From an uncultured bacterium (GTDB lineage: Bacteria > Patescibacteriota > Minisyncoccia > UBA6257 > 2-01-FULL-56-20), in contig CAVVHF010000025.1 in the NCBI GenBank assembly GCA_963747905.1, positions 1 to 49,573 of the forward strand: 49,573 nucleotides of DNA, written 5' to 3'. Position 1 is the first letter of the stretch; each line of letters opens with the position of its first letter. The notes beneath the pieces were generated by a model. That model had not been told where the DNA came from. It did no database searches and saw only the letters and a list, made by a program, of their open reading frames with translations. The translations under genes were made by a program, and so were the position numbers. Positions 1 to 7,138 of this stretch are shown piece after piece.

Positions 1-39
1 AAAAGAGGAGGAGGTATTTTGGGATTCGCGTGATCAAGA

Positions 40-372
40 TTAACTCGCGAGCTTGCACGCTTTGCAGAAACGGGACTCGGGATCAATAGTAAGAATTTCG
101 TGTTCGATAGACTTCTCACATCTTTCGCAAACACCATACGTACCGTTTTGAATTTTTCCCAGTGAGATATCAATTTCGTTCAGGCGGTCCTTAAGAGATC
201 GCGTCGCTGCGAGCTGATCGCCTACCTCTTCCGACTTATCGGTCGCCTCATCGTCGTGGTCAATGTCACTACCAAAATCAATCGGCTTTTCATCGCGCGC
301 GATCTCCGCCGCGACCATCATGCGCTCTTTTTCCAACTTTGTTTTATATTCCTTTAATTGGTCTTGGTTCAT
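40..372 (-). CDS. DksA/TraR-family C4 zinc-finger protein (110 aa)
   Basis: ORF 40..468 trimmed to Met MNQDQLKEYK (ATG at 372). An acidic coiled-coil region is followed by a C-terminal CERC-x17-CKAC four-Cys finger, the DksA/TraR signature. Confidence 0.8.
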   Translation of the reverse strand: MNQDQLKEYKTKLEKERMMVAAEIARDEKPIDFGSDIDHDDEATDKSEEVGDQLAATRSLKDRLNEIDISLGKIQNGTYGVCERCEKSIEHEILTIDPESRFCKACKLAS

Positions 373-518
373 AGTTCTATAAGGATACGGCGAGATGGTT
401 CTGAAGGCAATGCGGCATGAGAATATCTTTGGTCTCTTTACGAAGATGATAAAGACGATAATAGGCAAAAGATATTCTCACGCAGTATCTTTTTGGGTTC
501 CTTTTCTAAACGGCAAAA

Positions 519-588
519 ACAAGAAGGGTAGATATCGTCCGATCCTCCCGGAGGATGAACCGGGCAGGACGATATCTACCCTTCTTGT
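519..588. repeat. 22-bp perfect inverted repeat (long hairpin) with nested palindrome; function unknown
   Basis: 519..540 ACAAGAAGGGTAGATATCGTCC is the exact reverse complement of 567..588. The 26-nt loop contains ATCCTCC-C-GGAGGAT (542..556). The outer flanks CGGCAAA (511..517) and TTTGCCG (595..601) can extend the stem. Confidence 0.6.
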
Positions 589-684
589 TCTATCTTTGCC
601 GGATTGCCGGATTAAATGGAAATAATACGGCAAAACCCGATAAGCCCATAAAACCTACTGAAAAACAAAAATGTTTTTCAAAAT

Positions 685-820
685 TGTTTTACGGAAAACA
701 CAATTAAAATTCAAAATGGCCATTTTAGAGCGTAAAACACGATTTTATTTTTAATTAATATAAAAATAAAGATCAAAAAACATTTTAAATGATGTTTTAC
801 GGAAAACACAATTAAAATTC
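685..820 (+). repeat. Two identical 28-bp direct repeats (685..712 and 793..820) in an AT-rich intergenic region
   Basis: TGTTTTACGGAAAACACAATTAAAATTC occurs twice, 108 bp apart. Each copy contains GTTTT-ACGG-AAAAC inverted arms. A degenerate third copy CGTAAAACACGATTTTA lies at 731..747, and a 14-nt palindrome AAAATGGCCATTTT at 713..726. Confidence 0.7.
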
Positions 821-846
821 TGGACGATTATTAATTAGCTATTAAT

Positions 847-852
847 TAATAT
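847..852 (+). promoter_or_regulatory. -10-like box TAATAT 6 nt upstream of the yraN-like ATG (leaderless-type arrangement)
   Basis: TAATAT-TTAATT-ATG(859); no Shine-Dalgarno sequence. Confidence 0.4.
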
Positions 853-858
853 TTAATT

Positions 859-1152
859 ATGAAAAATGTAGGAACAGACAAAATGGGAGAAAATATCGAA
901 TGTCAATATTTATTAAAGAACTTCTATTTAATATTAGCCAGGAATCATAAGGAAAGATTTAATGAAATAGATATTATAGCTCGTGCCCCTCATGGTGTGT
1001 CGGTATTTTGTGAGGTTAAAACTAGTAATTACAAGAATAGTGGGTTTATGCCGGAAGATAACTCCAGCCCGACAAAGCGGCAAAAAATAGTTAAAGCAAA
1101 CAATATTTCCTTGGCGTGGCATCCTGAATTGGCTTGGGAGAATGATGGATAG
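859..1152 (+). CDS. yraN: YraN-family (UPF0102) PD-(D/E)xK endonuclease-like protein, possibly C-terminally frameshifted
   Basis: GENIECQYLLKNFYLILARNHKERFNEIDIIA...VFCEVKTS...PTKRQKI matches the YraN pattern (GExDLIA, VFVEVK, KQRK). The gene is much more AT-rich than its neighbours. The expected C-terminal (I/L)xHxEN motif appears in the +1 frame (to 1192). Confidence 0.65.
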   Translation: MKNVGTDKMGENIECQYLLKNFYLILARNHKERFNEIDIIARAPHGVSVFCEVKTSNYKNSGFMPEDNSSPTKRQKIVKANNISLAWHPELAWENDG

Positions 1153-1225
1153 CGGGGAGCTATCCGACCTCCGACATTATGAGAATATCTAATAGCCTGA
1201 TCTTCTCAATCTTTTGGTACGCCTC

Positions 1226-1254
1226 TTGACAAATCCCAGCGAGTGGAGTACTAT
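1226..1254 (+). promoter_or_regulatory. Sigma-70-like promoter of the cold-shock gene
   Basis: TTGACA (1226..1231), 17-nt spacer, TACTAT (1249..1254). This leaves a ~55-60 nt leader before ATG 1316, consistent with the long csp 5' UTRs known elsewhere. Confidence 0.55.
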
Positions 1255-1315
1255 TATTAGGCAAACAAAGAAACGTCGTCGAACTTCTAGAAAAGCAACA
1301 ATATTAATTACAATC

Positions 1316-1513
1316 ATGCAAGGAACTATTAAGACCCTTACGGACCGTGGATTTGGTTTTATCGCGCGCGATGGCGAAGCGAAAGACCTTTTCTTCCACT
1401 CCAAGGAGTTGAATGGTGTCGCGTTTGATGATCTTAAGGTTGGCGATGTCGTCACTTTCGAGGTTACCGAAGGCGAAAAAGGGCCGGCCGCGACGAACGT
1501 CAGCCGAGCATAA
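1316..1513 (+). CDS. Cold-shock domain protein (CspA family, 65 aa)
   Basis: MQGTIKTLTDRGFGFIARDG...LFFHSKEL carries the RNP1-like GFGFI and RNP2-like FFH motifs. ORF 1214..1513 trimmed to ATG 1316. Confidence 0.9.
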   Translation: MQGTIKTLTDRGFGFIARDGEAKDLFFHSKELNGVAFDDLKVGDVVTFEVTEGEKGPAATNVSRA

Positions 1514-1517
1514 CGCC

Positions 1518-1594
1518 AAAACAAAAATTCCCTCCTGTTTTGAGACCTAGTGTGCGGACACAACAGTCTTAAAACAGGAGGGAATTTTTGTTTT
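1518..1594. terminator. Bidirectional intrinsic terminator with 24-bp perfect stem
   Basis: 1518..1541 AAAACAAAAATTCCCTCCTGTTTT is the exact reverse complement of 1571..1594. An A-tract lies on the 5' side and a T-tract on the 3' side. It sits directly after the csp stop. Confidence 0.75.
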
Positions 1595-1665
1595 CATGGC
1601 AGAGGAGAAGAAAGAAGGCTTGCGTTTTAATATCGTCAGTAATATTCTCTTTTTAGGAGGTAGTG

Positions 1666-2001
1666 ATGGGAAAATTCAAACAGCCGACCAATATCAGAAC
1701 GGTCGGCGGCGAAGCAAAAGGGAAGTATTCCGTGAGCGATGAGTGGCCGCCGAGGTCCTACTCCCGGAAATATTCCCTGAAATCGCGCGTTTTGACGCGC
1801 GTCGTTGAGGGGGAAGTTTACGTACAGAAGTATGCGTTGGAAAAGGCATCTACAACCACCATTCATCGCGCGGGTCATGCATTCGTGCAGGATCCAGATA
1901 CGGTTTACGCCATCGGGTCCGTGTACGGCGCGAAGACCGTTTCTTTTTCCAAAGCCCTCATCGATCCAACCTTCATCCCGCGGGAGTATGATGAAGATTA
2001 A
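1666..2001 (+). CDS. Hypothetical protein (111 aa)
   Basis: A strong SD AGGAGG (1655..1660) lies 5 nt before ATG 1666, and a hairpin plus T-run follows the ORF. No family recognised. The competing minus-strand ORF 1636..2070 lacks any such signals. Confidence 0.5.
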   Translation: MGKFKQPTNIRTVGGEAKGKYSVSDEWPPRSYSRKYSLKSRVLTRVVEGEVYVQKYALEKASTTTIHRAGHAFVQDPDTVYAIGSVYGAKTVSFSKALIDPTFIPREYDED

Positions 2002-2023
2002 TAGCGGTACAGTCCTTTTATCC

Positions 2024-2062
2024 CCGCGCTTTCGTTTTTTGGAAGCGCGGTTTTTTATTTTT
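2024..2062 (+). terminator. Intrinsic terminator
   Basis: CCGCGCTT (2024..2031) pairs with AAGCGCGG (2043..2050), followed by TTTTTTATTTTT. Confidence 0.7.
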
Positions 2063-2082
2063 CGGAGCACTATATGGAGAAA

Positions 2083-2091
2083 TGATATAAT
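2083..2091 (+). promoter_or_regulatory. Extended -10 box TGATATAAT 6 nt upstream of ATG 2098 (leaderless-type)
   Basis: TGATATAAT-AGAGAC-ATG. The same arrangement occurs at lemA (46562). Confidence 0.5.
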
Positions 2092-2097
2092 AGAGAC

Positions 2098-3111
2098 ATG
2101 CCTTCCTCTCGTTCGGAATCGTATTTTTCCATTGGCATCCTACTTGCGGCTGCGGTGCTCGTCGTACTGGTATTTCTACCGGAGCTGGATGCAATCGTGC
2201 TCGGCGTGAGCGTGGCGGTGCTTTTCCATCCGTGGTACGACGCGCTCAAAAAAGCGTTGCATGACCGGAGTGGCGCGGCGGCGGCGATCATCGTTCTGTT
2301 TGCGGTCGCAATCATTCTTGTACCGCTCAGTTTCCTGGGACTGCAGATGTTTGCCGAGGCGCAGGGATTATATGGCCAGATCGCTTCCGGCGGCGCAAGC
2401 GCGGTGCCGACGATCGTTTGGTTTCGCGCGGCTGTCCACCAATGGTTACCATCGCTCAATATTGACCTCACTCCGTACGTTCAGCAAGTGCTCGGCTTTT
2501 TAATTAGCGACATCGGTCCGATATTTTCCGGCGTGCTCGCTGCGGTTGGGACGCTTTTCCTTTCATTCTTTGCTCTCTATTATTTTTTGAAGGATGGTTC
2601 CAAGTTGCGGGCGACGATCGTAGCTCATGGGCCGTTGCCGCCGGCGCATGCGGAGGAGATTCTTGCGCGGTTATACACACGCGCGGGTTCTGTGATCCGC
2701 GGGTCCTTACTGGTGGCGGCGCTTTACGGCGTGCTCACCGGAATCGGATTTTTCATCTTTGGATTGCCGAGTGCGATTCTGTGGGGTGTGGTCACTGCGG
2801 TCGCGTCGTTCATTCCGGGGATCGGCGTCTTGCTCATCGTCGTGCCAGGGATCGTCTCACTCTATCTTGGCGGGAATATTGTTGGCGCGATAGGCCTTTT
2901 GGCATGGCTGTTCGTCATGTCAACGATGATCGAAGCGTATCTCCGCCCGCGGCTTTTGGGCGGCAAGGAAAAGATTCATCCAATGCTGATGCTTTTCGCC
3001 GTGCTTGGCGGACTCTCGTTTTTCGGTCCGATCGGACTTTTGCTTGGGCCGCTCGCGCTTAGCCTTTTATTGACACTCCTCGAAAGCTATCCGAAATTAT
3101 CGTTTTCCTGA
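2098..3111 (+). CDS. AI-2E family transporter (PerM/YhhT-like, UPF0118) membrane protein
   Basis: 337 aa and polytopic. The FFALYYFLKDGSKL segment and the Gly/Pro-rich C-terminal helices are typical of the AI-2E family. Confidence 0.8.
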   Translation: MPSSRSESYFSIGILLAAAVLVVLVFLPELDAIVLGVSVAVLFHPWYDALKKALHDRSGAAAAIIVLFAVAIILVPLSFLGLQMFAEAQGLYGQIASGGASAVPTIVWFRAAVHQWLPSLNIDLTPYVQQVLGFLISDIGPIFSGVLAAVGTLFLSFFALYYFLKDGSKLRATIVAHGPLPPAHAEEILARLYTRAGSVIRGSLLVAALYGVLTGIGFFIFGLPSAILWGVVTAVASFIPGIGVLLIVVPGIVSLYLGGNIVGAIGLLAWLFVMSTMIEAYLRPRLLGGKEKIHPMLMLFAVLGGLSFFGPIGLLLGPLALSLLLTLLESYPKLSFS

Positions 3112-3627
3112 CCGTCCGCTTGATTTTGAAAATTTAAACAGGAAGTGGGAAAGTATTCCCGCAACGACCAGGATGAGAATGATGATCTCGGGGTTTGAAA
3201 TGAATGACGATAGCCCGAGCACGGTGCCCCAGAGGAAGAGATACCATACGAAGTTACCCGCGAGCGTCAGGAGGAATGCCATGTTGAGCGGCAATCCAAT
3301 CCACGCGCCGATGAAGGTATTGATGAAGGGAAAATTGACGACGCCAAGCAGCGCGAGCGATAATTTTTCACCATACGGTCCGAGTTCGGCTCGACCCATT
3401 TTTATCCATCGCTCCACCCAATTGAAAAAGCGCGTTCCATGGAATTTTTCCTGCGTGAACTTTCCGAGCATGTAGCCCACATACATATCGAGCAAGGTGA
3501 TGCAGAGCCAGATGAGATGGATCTCCCAGATGGGAAAATTATTTTGCAGGGCGATGATAAAAACGATCGCGCTTGATGCGAACTCTTGAGGGATCAGCAC
3601 GCTTGCGACCAGCAACCACATAGGCAT
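3097..3627 (-). CDS. Integral membrane protein (176 aa, ~5 TM); weak resemblance to small multidrug-export-type proteins
   Basis: Hydrophobic ORF with a leaderless-type -10 box upstream. The GLPLNMAFLLTLAGNFVWYL segment is reminiscent of PF06695-like proteins, but this was not verified. Confidence 0.55.
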   Translation of the reverse strand: MPMWLLVASVLIPQEFASSAIVFIIALQNNFPIWEIHLIWLCITLLDMYVGYMLGKFTQEKFHGTRFFNWVERWIKMGRAELGPYGEKLSLALLGVVNFPFINTFIGAWIGLPLNMAFLLTLAGNFVWYLFLWGTVLGLSSFISNPEIIILILVVAGILSHFLFKFSKSSGRSGKR

Positions 3628-3633
3628 GCCATT

Positions 3634-3642
3634 ATTGTAACA
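3634..3642 (-). promoter_or_regulatory. Extended -10 box TGTTACAAT 6 nt upstream of ATG 3627 (leaderless-type)
   Basis: The minus strand reads TGTTACAAT-AATGGC-ATG. Confidence 0.5.
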
Positions 3643-3676
3643 GGGTTGCTGCTATTTTGGCGCACGTTGAAGGCGA

Positions 3677-3685
3677 TGCTATAAT
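3677..3685 (+). promoter_or_regulatory. Extended -10 box TGCTATAAT 6 nt upstream of the second ATG (3692) of the cofE-like gene
   Basis: TGCTATAAT-ATGTCC-ATG. This suggests the true start is 3692 (MAKFKNT...). Confidence 0.45.
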
Positions 3686-4411
3686 ATGTCCATGGCAAAA
3701 TTCAAAAATACGGCAGACTCAGCGCCGGGTATCCAGCCTGGCGAGACGATTGTCGTGGACGGCATCACCTACGAGAGATTCCCCATCAAGGTACCGCGCC
3801 TGATTGCGTTTGGAGAAGGGTTGGAGGATGTTATTAATGAATTTGTGAAGCCGCACTACCACGAAGGGGACTGGGTGGCGGTTTCGGAAAAGATCGTTTC
3901 TATCTCACAGAACCTCGTGCGGCATATTTCCACTGTTAAGGTAAGCTGGCTCGCGCGGTTCATCACGCTCGGCGTCAAAAAGCACAAGAATATGACTGCG
4001 TGGTCGCGGCCGGAAAAGATGCAGGTGGCGATCGAGATCGTCGGCGCGCCGCGAATCTTGCTTGCCGCCGGCGTCGGTGTCGTTGGAAAGTTGGTCGGCA
4101 AGCGCGGCTGGTTTTGGATCGTCGCCGGACACCGCGTGTCCGAGATCGATGGTTTCATTCCCGAGGATATGTATCCGTATACCGAATGGGGTGTCTTGCC
4201 CCCGCCGGATCCGCAAGGCGATATGGAGCGCGTGGAGCGGGCGACCGGGATCCCGATGGTCACCGCCGACGCGAACTACATTGACGTGCAGATTTTAGGC
4301 ATAAGTCACGGTGTGGGGCTTGATAAAAAAATCGTGCGGCAGATTTTACTCGACAATCCGCTGGGGCAGGGGAATAAAATGACACCGTTCGTGATCGTGC
4401 GGAAAATATAA
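3686..4411 (+). CDS. CofE-like (F420-0:gamma-glutamyl ligase family) protein
   Basis: WVAVSEKIVSISQN, SEIDGFIPE and the C-terminal NPLGQGNKMTPFVIVR resemble the CofE motifs (VxSKxVSKAEG, IDASN, GQxxExTPVVLxR). The stop overlaps the next ATG (TAATG). An alternative start lies at 3692. Confidence 0.55.
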   Translation: MSMAKFKNTADSAPGIQPGETIVVDGITYERFPIKVPRLIAFGEGLEDVINEFVKPHYHEGDWVAVSEKIVSISQNLVRHISTVKVSWLARFITLGVKKHKNMTAWSRPEKMQVAIEIVGAPRILLAAGVGVVGKLVGKRGWFWIVAGHRVSEIDGFIPEDMYPYTEWGVLPPPDPQGDMERVERATGIPMVTADANYIDVQILGISHGVGLDKKIVRQILLDNPLGQGNKMTPFVIVRKI

Positions 4412-5205
4412 TGAGCCTTCGTAGCACGATCAAAAAACATGTGGCGTTGCCGTGGCCATTGCTCTATATATATCGCAAGGCATATTATGCACCAAAGGAT
4501 TTTCCGGCAGCATGCGGTTTTATTTTCCATGGGACGAAATCGCCAACGAGCTTTGGTGGCCGCCTGGCGCTCGTATTAAAATTTTATAAAATTTCGTACT
4601 ACGTCGATTGTCCGCATACCGAGCACGAGATGATTTCGATTGCGCGGCAGATCCTGGATCTTGGCACGGCGACGGCGGGTGTGCCGGGCGCGATTGTGGA
4701 AGCCGGTTCGTTTCATGGCGGGAGCACGGCAAAGCTTTCGCTCGTAGCAAAGCTTTGTGACCGGCGGTTCCACGTATTCGATTCATTTGAAGGTATGCCC
4801 GAAAACAACGAAGCGCACGGCAAGAGCATCTACGGTCGCGAGCATCACTTTCCAAAAGGCAGCCACGCGGTGCCGTTCGAAGAAGTAAAGAACAACGTCG
4901 CGCGCTACGGCGACGCATCGCGCGTACAGTTTTATAAAGGATTTTTCAGCGACACGATGCCGTCTTTCCACGAGCCGGTCGCCGCGGCGTGTGTGAATGT
5001 CGATCTTGCACAATCCACGCGCGACTGCTTCCGCTATCTTTATCCACTGCTCCCGCTGGGCGGCATCATTATCTCGCAGGATGCGCATTTTCCGTGGATC
5101 ATCGAGTTGTTCAACGACAACGCGTTTTGGGAAAAGGAGCTTGGCATAAAAAAACCGGCGATGCCGGGGCTGGGCACTTCGAAGTTCGTGACGGTGAGGA
5201 AGTGA
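4411..5205 (+). CDS. TylF/MycF/NovP-type class I SAM-dependent O-methyltransferase
   Basis: IVEAGSFHGGSTAKL...FHVFDSFEGMPE...VQFYKGFFSDT...VDLAQST matches the macrocin-O-methyltransferase (TylF) family pattern. Confidence 0.7.
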   Translation: MSLRSTIKKHVALPWPLLYIYRKAYYAPKDFPAACGFIFHGTKSPTSFGGRLALVLKFYKISYYVDCPHTEHEMISIARQILDLGTATAGVPGAIVEAGSFHGGSTAKLSLVAKLCDRRFHVFDSFEGMPENNEAHGKSIYGREHHFPKGSHAVPFEEVKNNVARYGDASRVQFYKGFFSDTMPSFHEPVAAACVNVDLAQSTRDCFRYLYPLLPLGGIIISQDAHFPWIIELFNDNAFWEKELGIKKPAMPGLGTSKFVTVRK

Positions 5206-5287
5206 CAGATAATCTTGACATCTCGATTTTTTTAATGGATACTGCGGGTAGCTTTCGGGCATAAATCAATTTGGGAATGAGGACAAC

Positions 5288-6292
5288 ATGAACTTTTCTG
5301 TGGACCAAGAACGTCGTCGGCAGATCGAATATTCTTTTAACCATCTCCCTTCGCTGGTCCGCATGCCGGAATCAGTGAAAGAGCCTATCGCAGATCTTCC
5401 GGAGGCAGAAGCTCTCGATGTGTATCTTTTACCGCTGCATCAGACCGACGGTGCCACCGGCAAGGCCATGCCTGCCTATTCTTTGCTCAAAAAAGCAGAG
5501 GGGGAGGGAAGGGTCTATCCGGGATGTACCATTGCTATTCCGAGTTCGGGGAATACTGCCTTGAGCATCGGATGGGATATGTCTGCGTTCGGCATTGCGA
5601 AGACCATCGCGATCATGAACGCCGATACTCCCGATGGCAAGATCGCCCAATTGGGATTTCCGGGGGTGACGGTTGAATTTCCCCGGCCTAAACAGACCAC
5701 GCTTGAACGTGCCATTGAATTGGAAAGGGAAACCGGTGCGGTCTATATCCGGCAATACGAGGATTGGGCAAGCGTTGAAGGGCATAAGCCGACCGCGAGG
5801 CATATCATTGCGGAGATGCAGGATCGAGGGAAGAAGCTTTCCTTCATCAGCGTCGCGATGGGGACGTGTTCCTTGCTTCAGGCGATGCATGACTATCTCA
5901 TGGACGATTTTCCGAATCTTCATGTTATCGGGATTGCGAACGAAGGGGCCCACACGCCTGGAGCGCGTACGCTCGAGGCGATCAAGAGGGATATCAAATT
6001 TCCCTGGGAAGATGTGGTAAAGCCCTACGGCCCCGTGCTTTGCGACAATATGTCGGCGTTCAAGAGGAGCCTGTGGTTGATGCGCAAGATCGGAAGGCCG
6101 GTAGGTCCGACGACCGGTCTCAGCGCTGAAGGATTGTTCAGGCGCTTCCGGTATCTCTCTGAACATAGGGAGCTTGAACAATATGCGGTCGACGGCAAGT
6201 ACGTCGCGATCATCATCTCTATGGATGCCGCTCCGTCCTACGGCCCCGAATACGCTGCCGTATTAGGAAAAGATCTCGGAGGTATCGAGTAG
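5288..6292 (+). CDS. PLP-dependent enzyme of the tryptophan-synthase-beta/cysteine-synthase (PALP) fold
   Basis: GATGKAMPAYSLL carries the Schiff-base Lys context. YPGCTIAIPSSGNTALSIG matches xxTSGNTGxxLA of CysK/CBS-like enzymes. Confidence 0.65.
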   Translation: MNFSVDQERRRQIEYSFNHLPSLVRMPESVKEPIADLPEAEALDVYLLPLHQTDGATGKAMPAYSLLKKAEGEGRVYPGCTIAIPSSGNTALSIGWDMSAFGIAKTIAIMNADTPDGKIAQLGFPGVTVEFPRPKQTTLERAIELERETGAVYIRQYEDWASVEGHKPTARHIIAEMQDRGKKLSFISVAMGTCSLLQAMHDYLMDDFPNLHVIGIANEGAHTPGARTLEAIKRDIKFPWEDVVKPYGPVLCDNMSAFKRSLWLMRKIGRPVGPTTGLSAEGLFRRFRYLSEHRELEQYAVDGKYVAIIISMDAAPSYGPEYAAVLGKDLGGIE

Positions 6293-6312
6293 TCATTCCC
6301 AGATTTCGACCA

Positions 6313-6353
6313 GCCGCCGGCGCACTATGTGTTCCGGCGGCCTTTTCTTTTTT
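6313..6353 (+). terminator. Intrinsic terminator ending the cofE-like/MT/PLP operon
   Basis: GCCGCCGG (6313..6320) pairs with CCGGCGGC (6334..6341), followed by CTTTTCTTTTTT. Confidence 0.75.
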
Positions 6354-6379
6354 ATGGAATCGTATAATATAGAGGGACT

Positions 6380-7138
6380 ATGCATAACAATATTGGCTTA
6401 GAAAAAACCGGACAGGCAAACAAGGCGACGATATGGTTTATCGTCGGGTTTATCGTGGTTGTCACGGCGGGGGCGATCATCGCGGGTGCGTATTCGAGCG
6501 GTACGGCGTCGTCTTCGAACTCAAACACGGCCAGCAGCACCTTCGTGGCGACAACGGTGCCGGCGATCACATCAGCCGATTGGACGGAGGGTAACCCGAA
6601 CGCGAAGGTCTCGCTCGTGGAGTATGGCGACTTTGAATGTCCGGCATGTGGTGAATATTCTCCAGTTGTGGAGCAGGTCGTACAGAATCACAGCAGTACC
6701 GTGAGGTTTGTGTTCCGTAACTTCCCGCTTTATACCATCCATCCGTTCGCGGGGATCAGCGCGCAGGCGGCAGAGGCGGCTGGGCTCGAAGGAGGCATGG
6801 CGAAGTATTGGGCGATGAATAATCTCCTTTATAGCAAGCAGTCGGAGTGGTCGTTGGATACCAGCGTTGCTCCCGCCGATCTTGTCAGTAAATATTTTGA
6901 CGGATACGCGCAGTCGATCGGCCTTGATGTGAACACGTTCAACAATGACATTAATGCGGCGTCGGTGATGCAAAAGATCCAAACCGATGTGAATGGCGGT
7001 ACCGCCGCGCAGATCGACCACACACCGACATTCTTTGTGAACCTCAAACAGATCCCGAACCCAACGAGCCTTGCGGATTTTGAATCGGTGCTGAACGCGG
7101 CGATAGCATCATCTTCATCCGCGACCTCTACTCAATAG
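6380..7138 (+). CDS. Membrane-anchored DsbA-like thiol:disulfide oxidoreductase
   Basis: N-terminal TM helix, Ser/Thr-rich linker, then VEYGDFECPACGEY (CPAC active site) and a thioredoxin fold. TATAAT lies at 6363..6368 upstream. Confidence 0.8.
   Translation: MHNNIGLEKTGQANKATIWFIVGFIVVVTAGAIIAGAYSSGTASSSNSNTASSTFVATTVPAITSADWTEGNPNAKVSLVEYGDFECPACGEYSPVVEQVVQNHSSTVRFVFRNFPLYTIHPFAGISAQAAEAAGLEGGMAKYWAMNNLLYSKQSEWSLDTSVAPADLVSKYFDGYAQSIGLDVNTFNNDINAASVMQKIQTDVNGGTAAQIDHTPTFFVNLKQIPNPTSLADFESVLNAAIASSSSATSTQ

Noticed and set aside
395-625. 76-aa plus-strand ORF upstream of the dksA-like gene
   Set aside because: It runs straight through the 22-bp perfect hairpin and has neither an SD nor a -10/N6 start context. 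Its sequence is low-complexity and basic, like read-through of structured DNA. I treat it as spurious.
685-820. Possible CRISPR array (28-bp identical repeats)
   Set aside because: There are only two perfect copies, separated by an 80-nt AT-rich spacer. There are no cas genes and no regular repeat-spacer periodicity, so this is not a CRISPR array.
1636-2070. 144-aa minus-strand ORF overlapping the 1666..2001 ORF
   Set aside because: It spans both flanking terminators, lacks start signals, and has an Arg/Gly-rich composition typical of antisense frames. The plus-strand ORF has a perfect SD and its own terminator.
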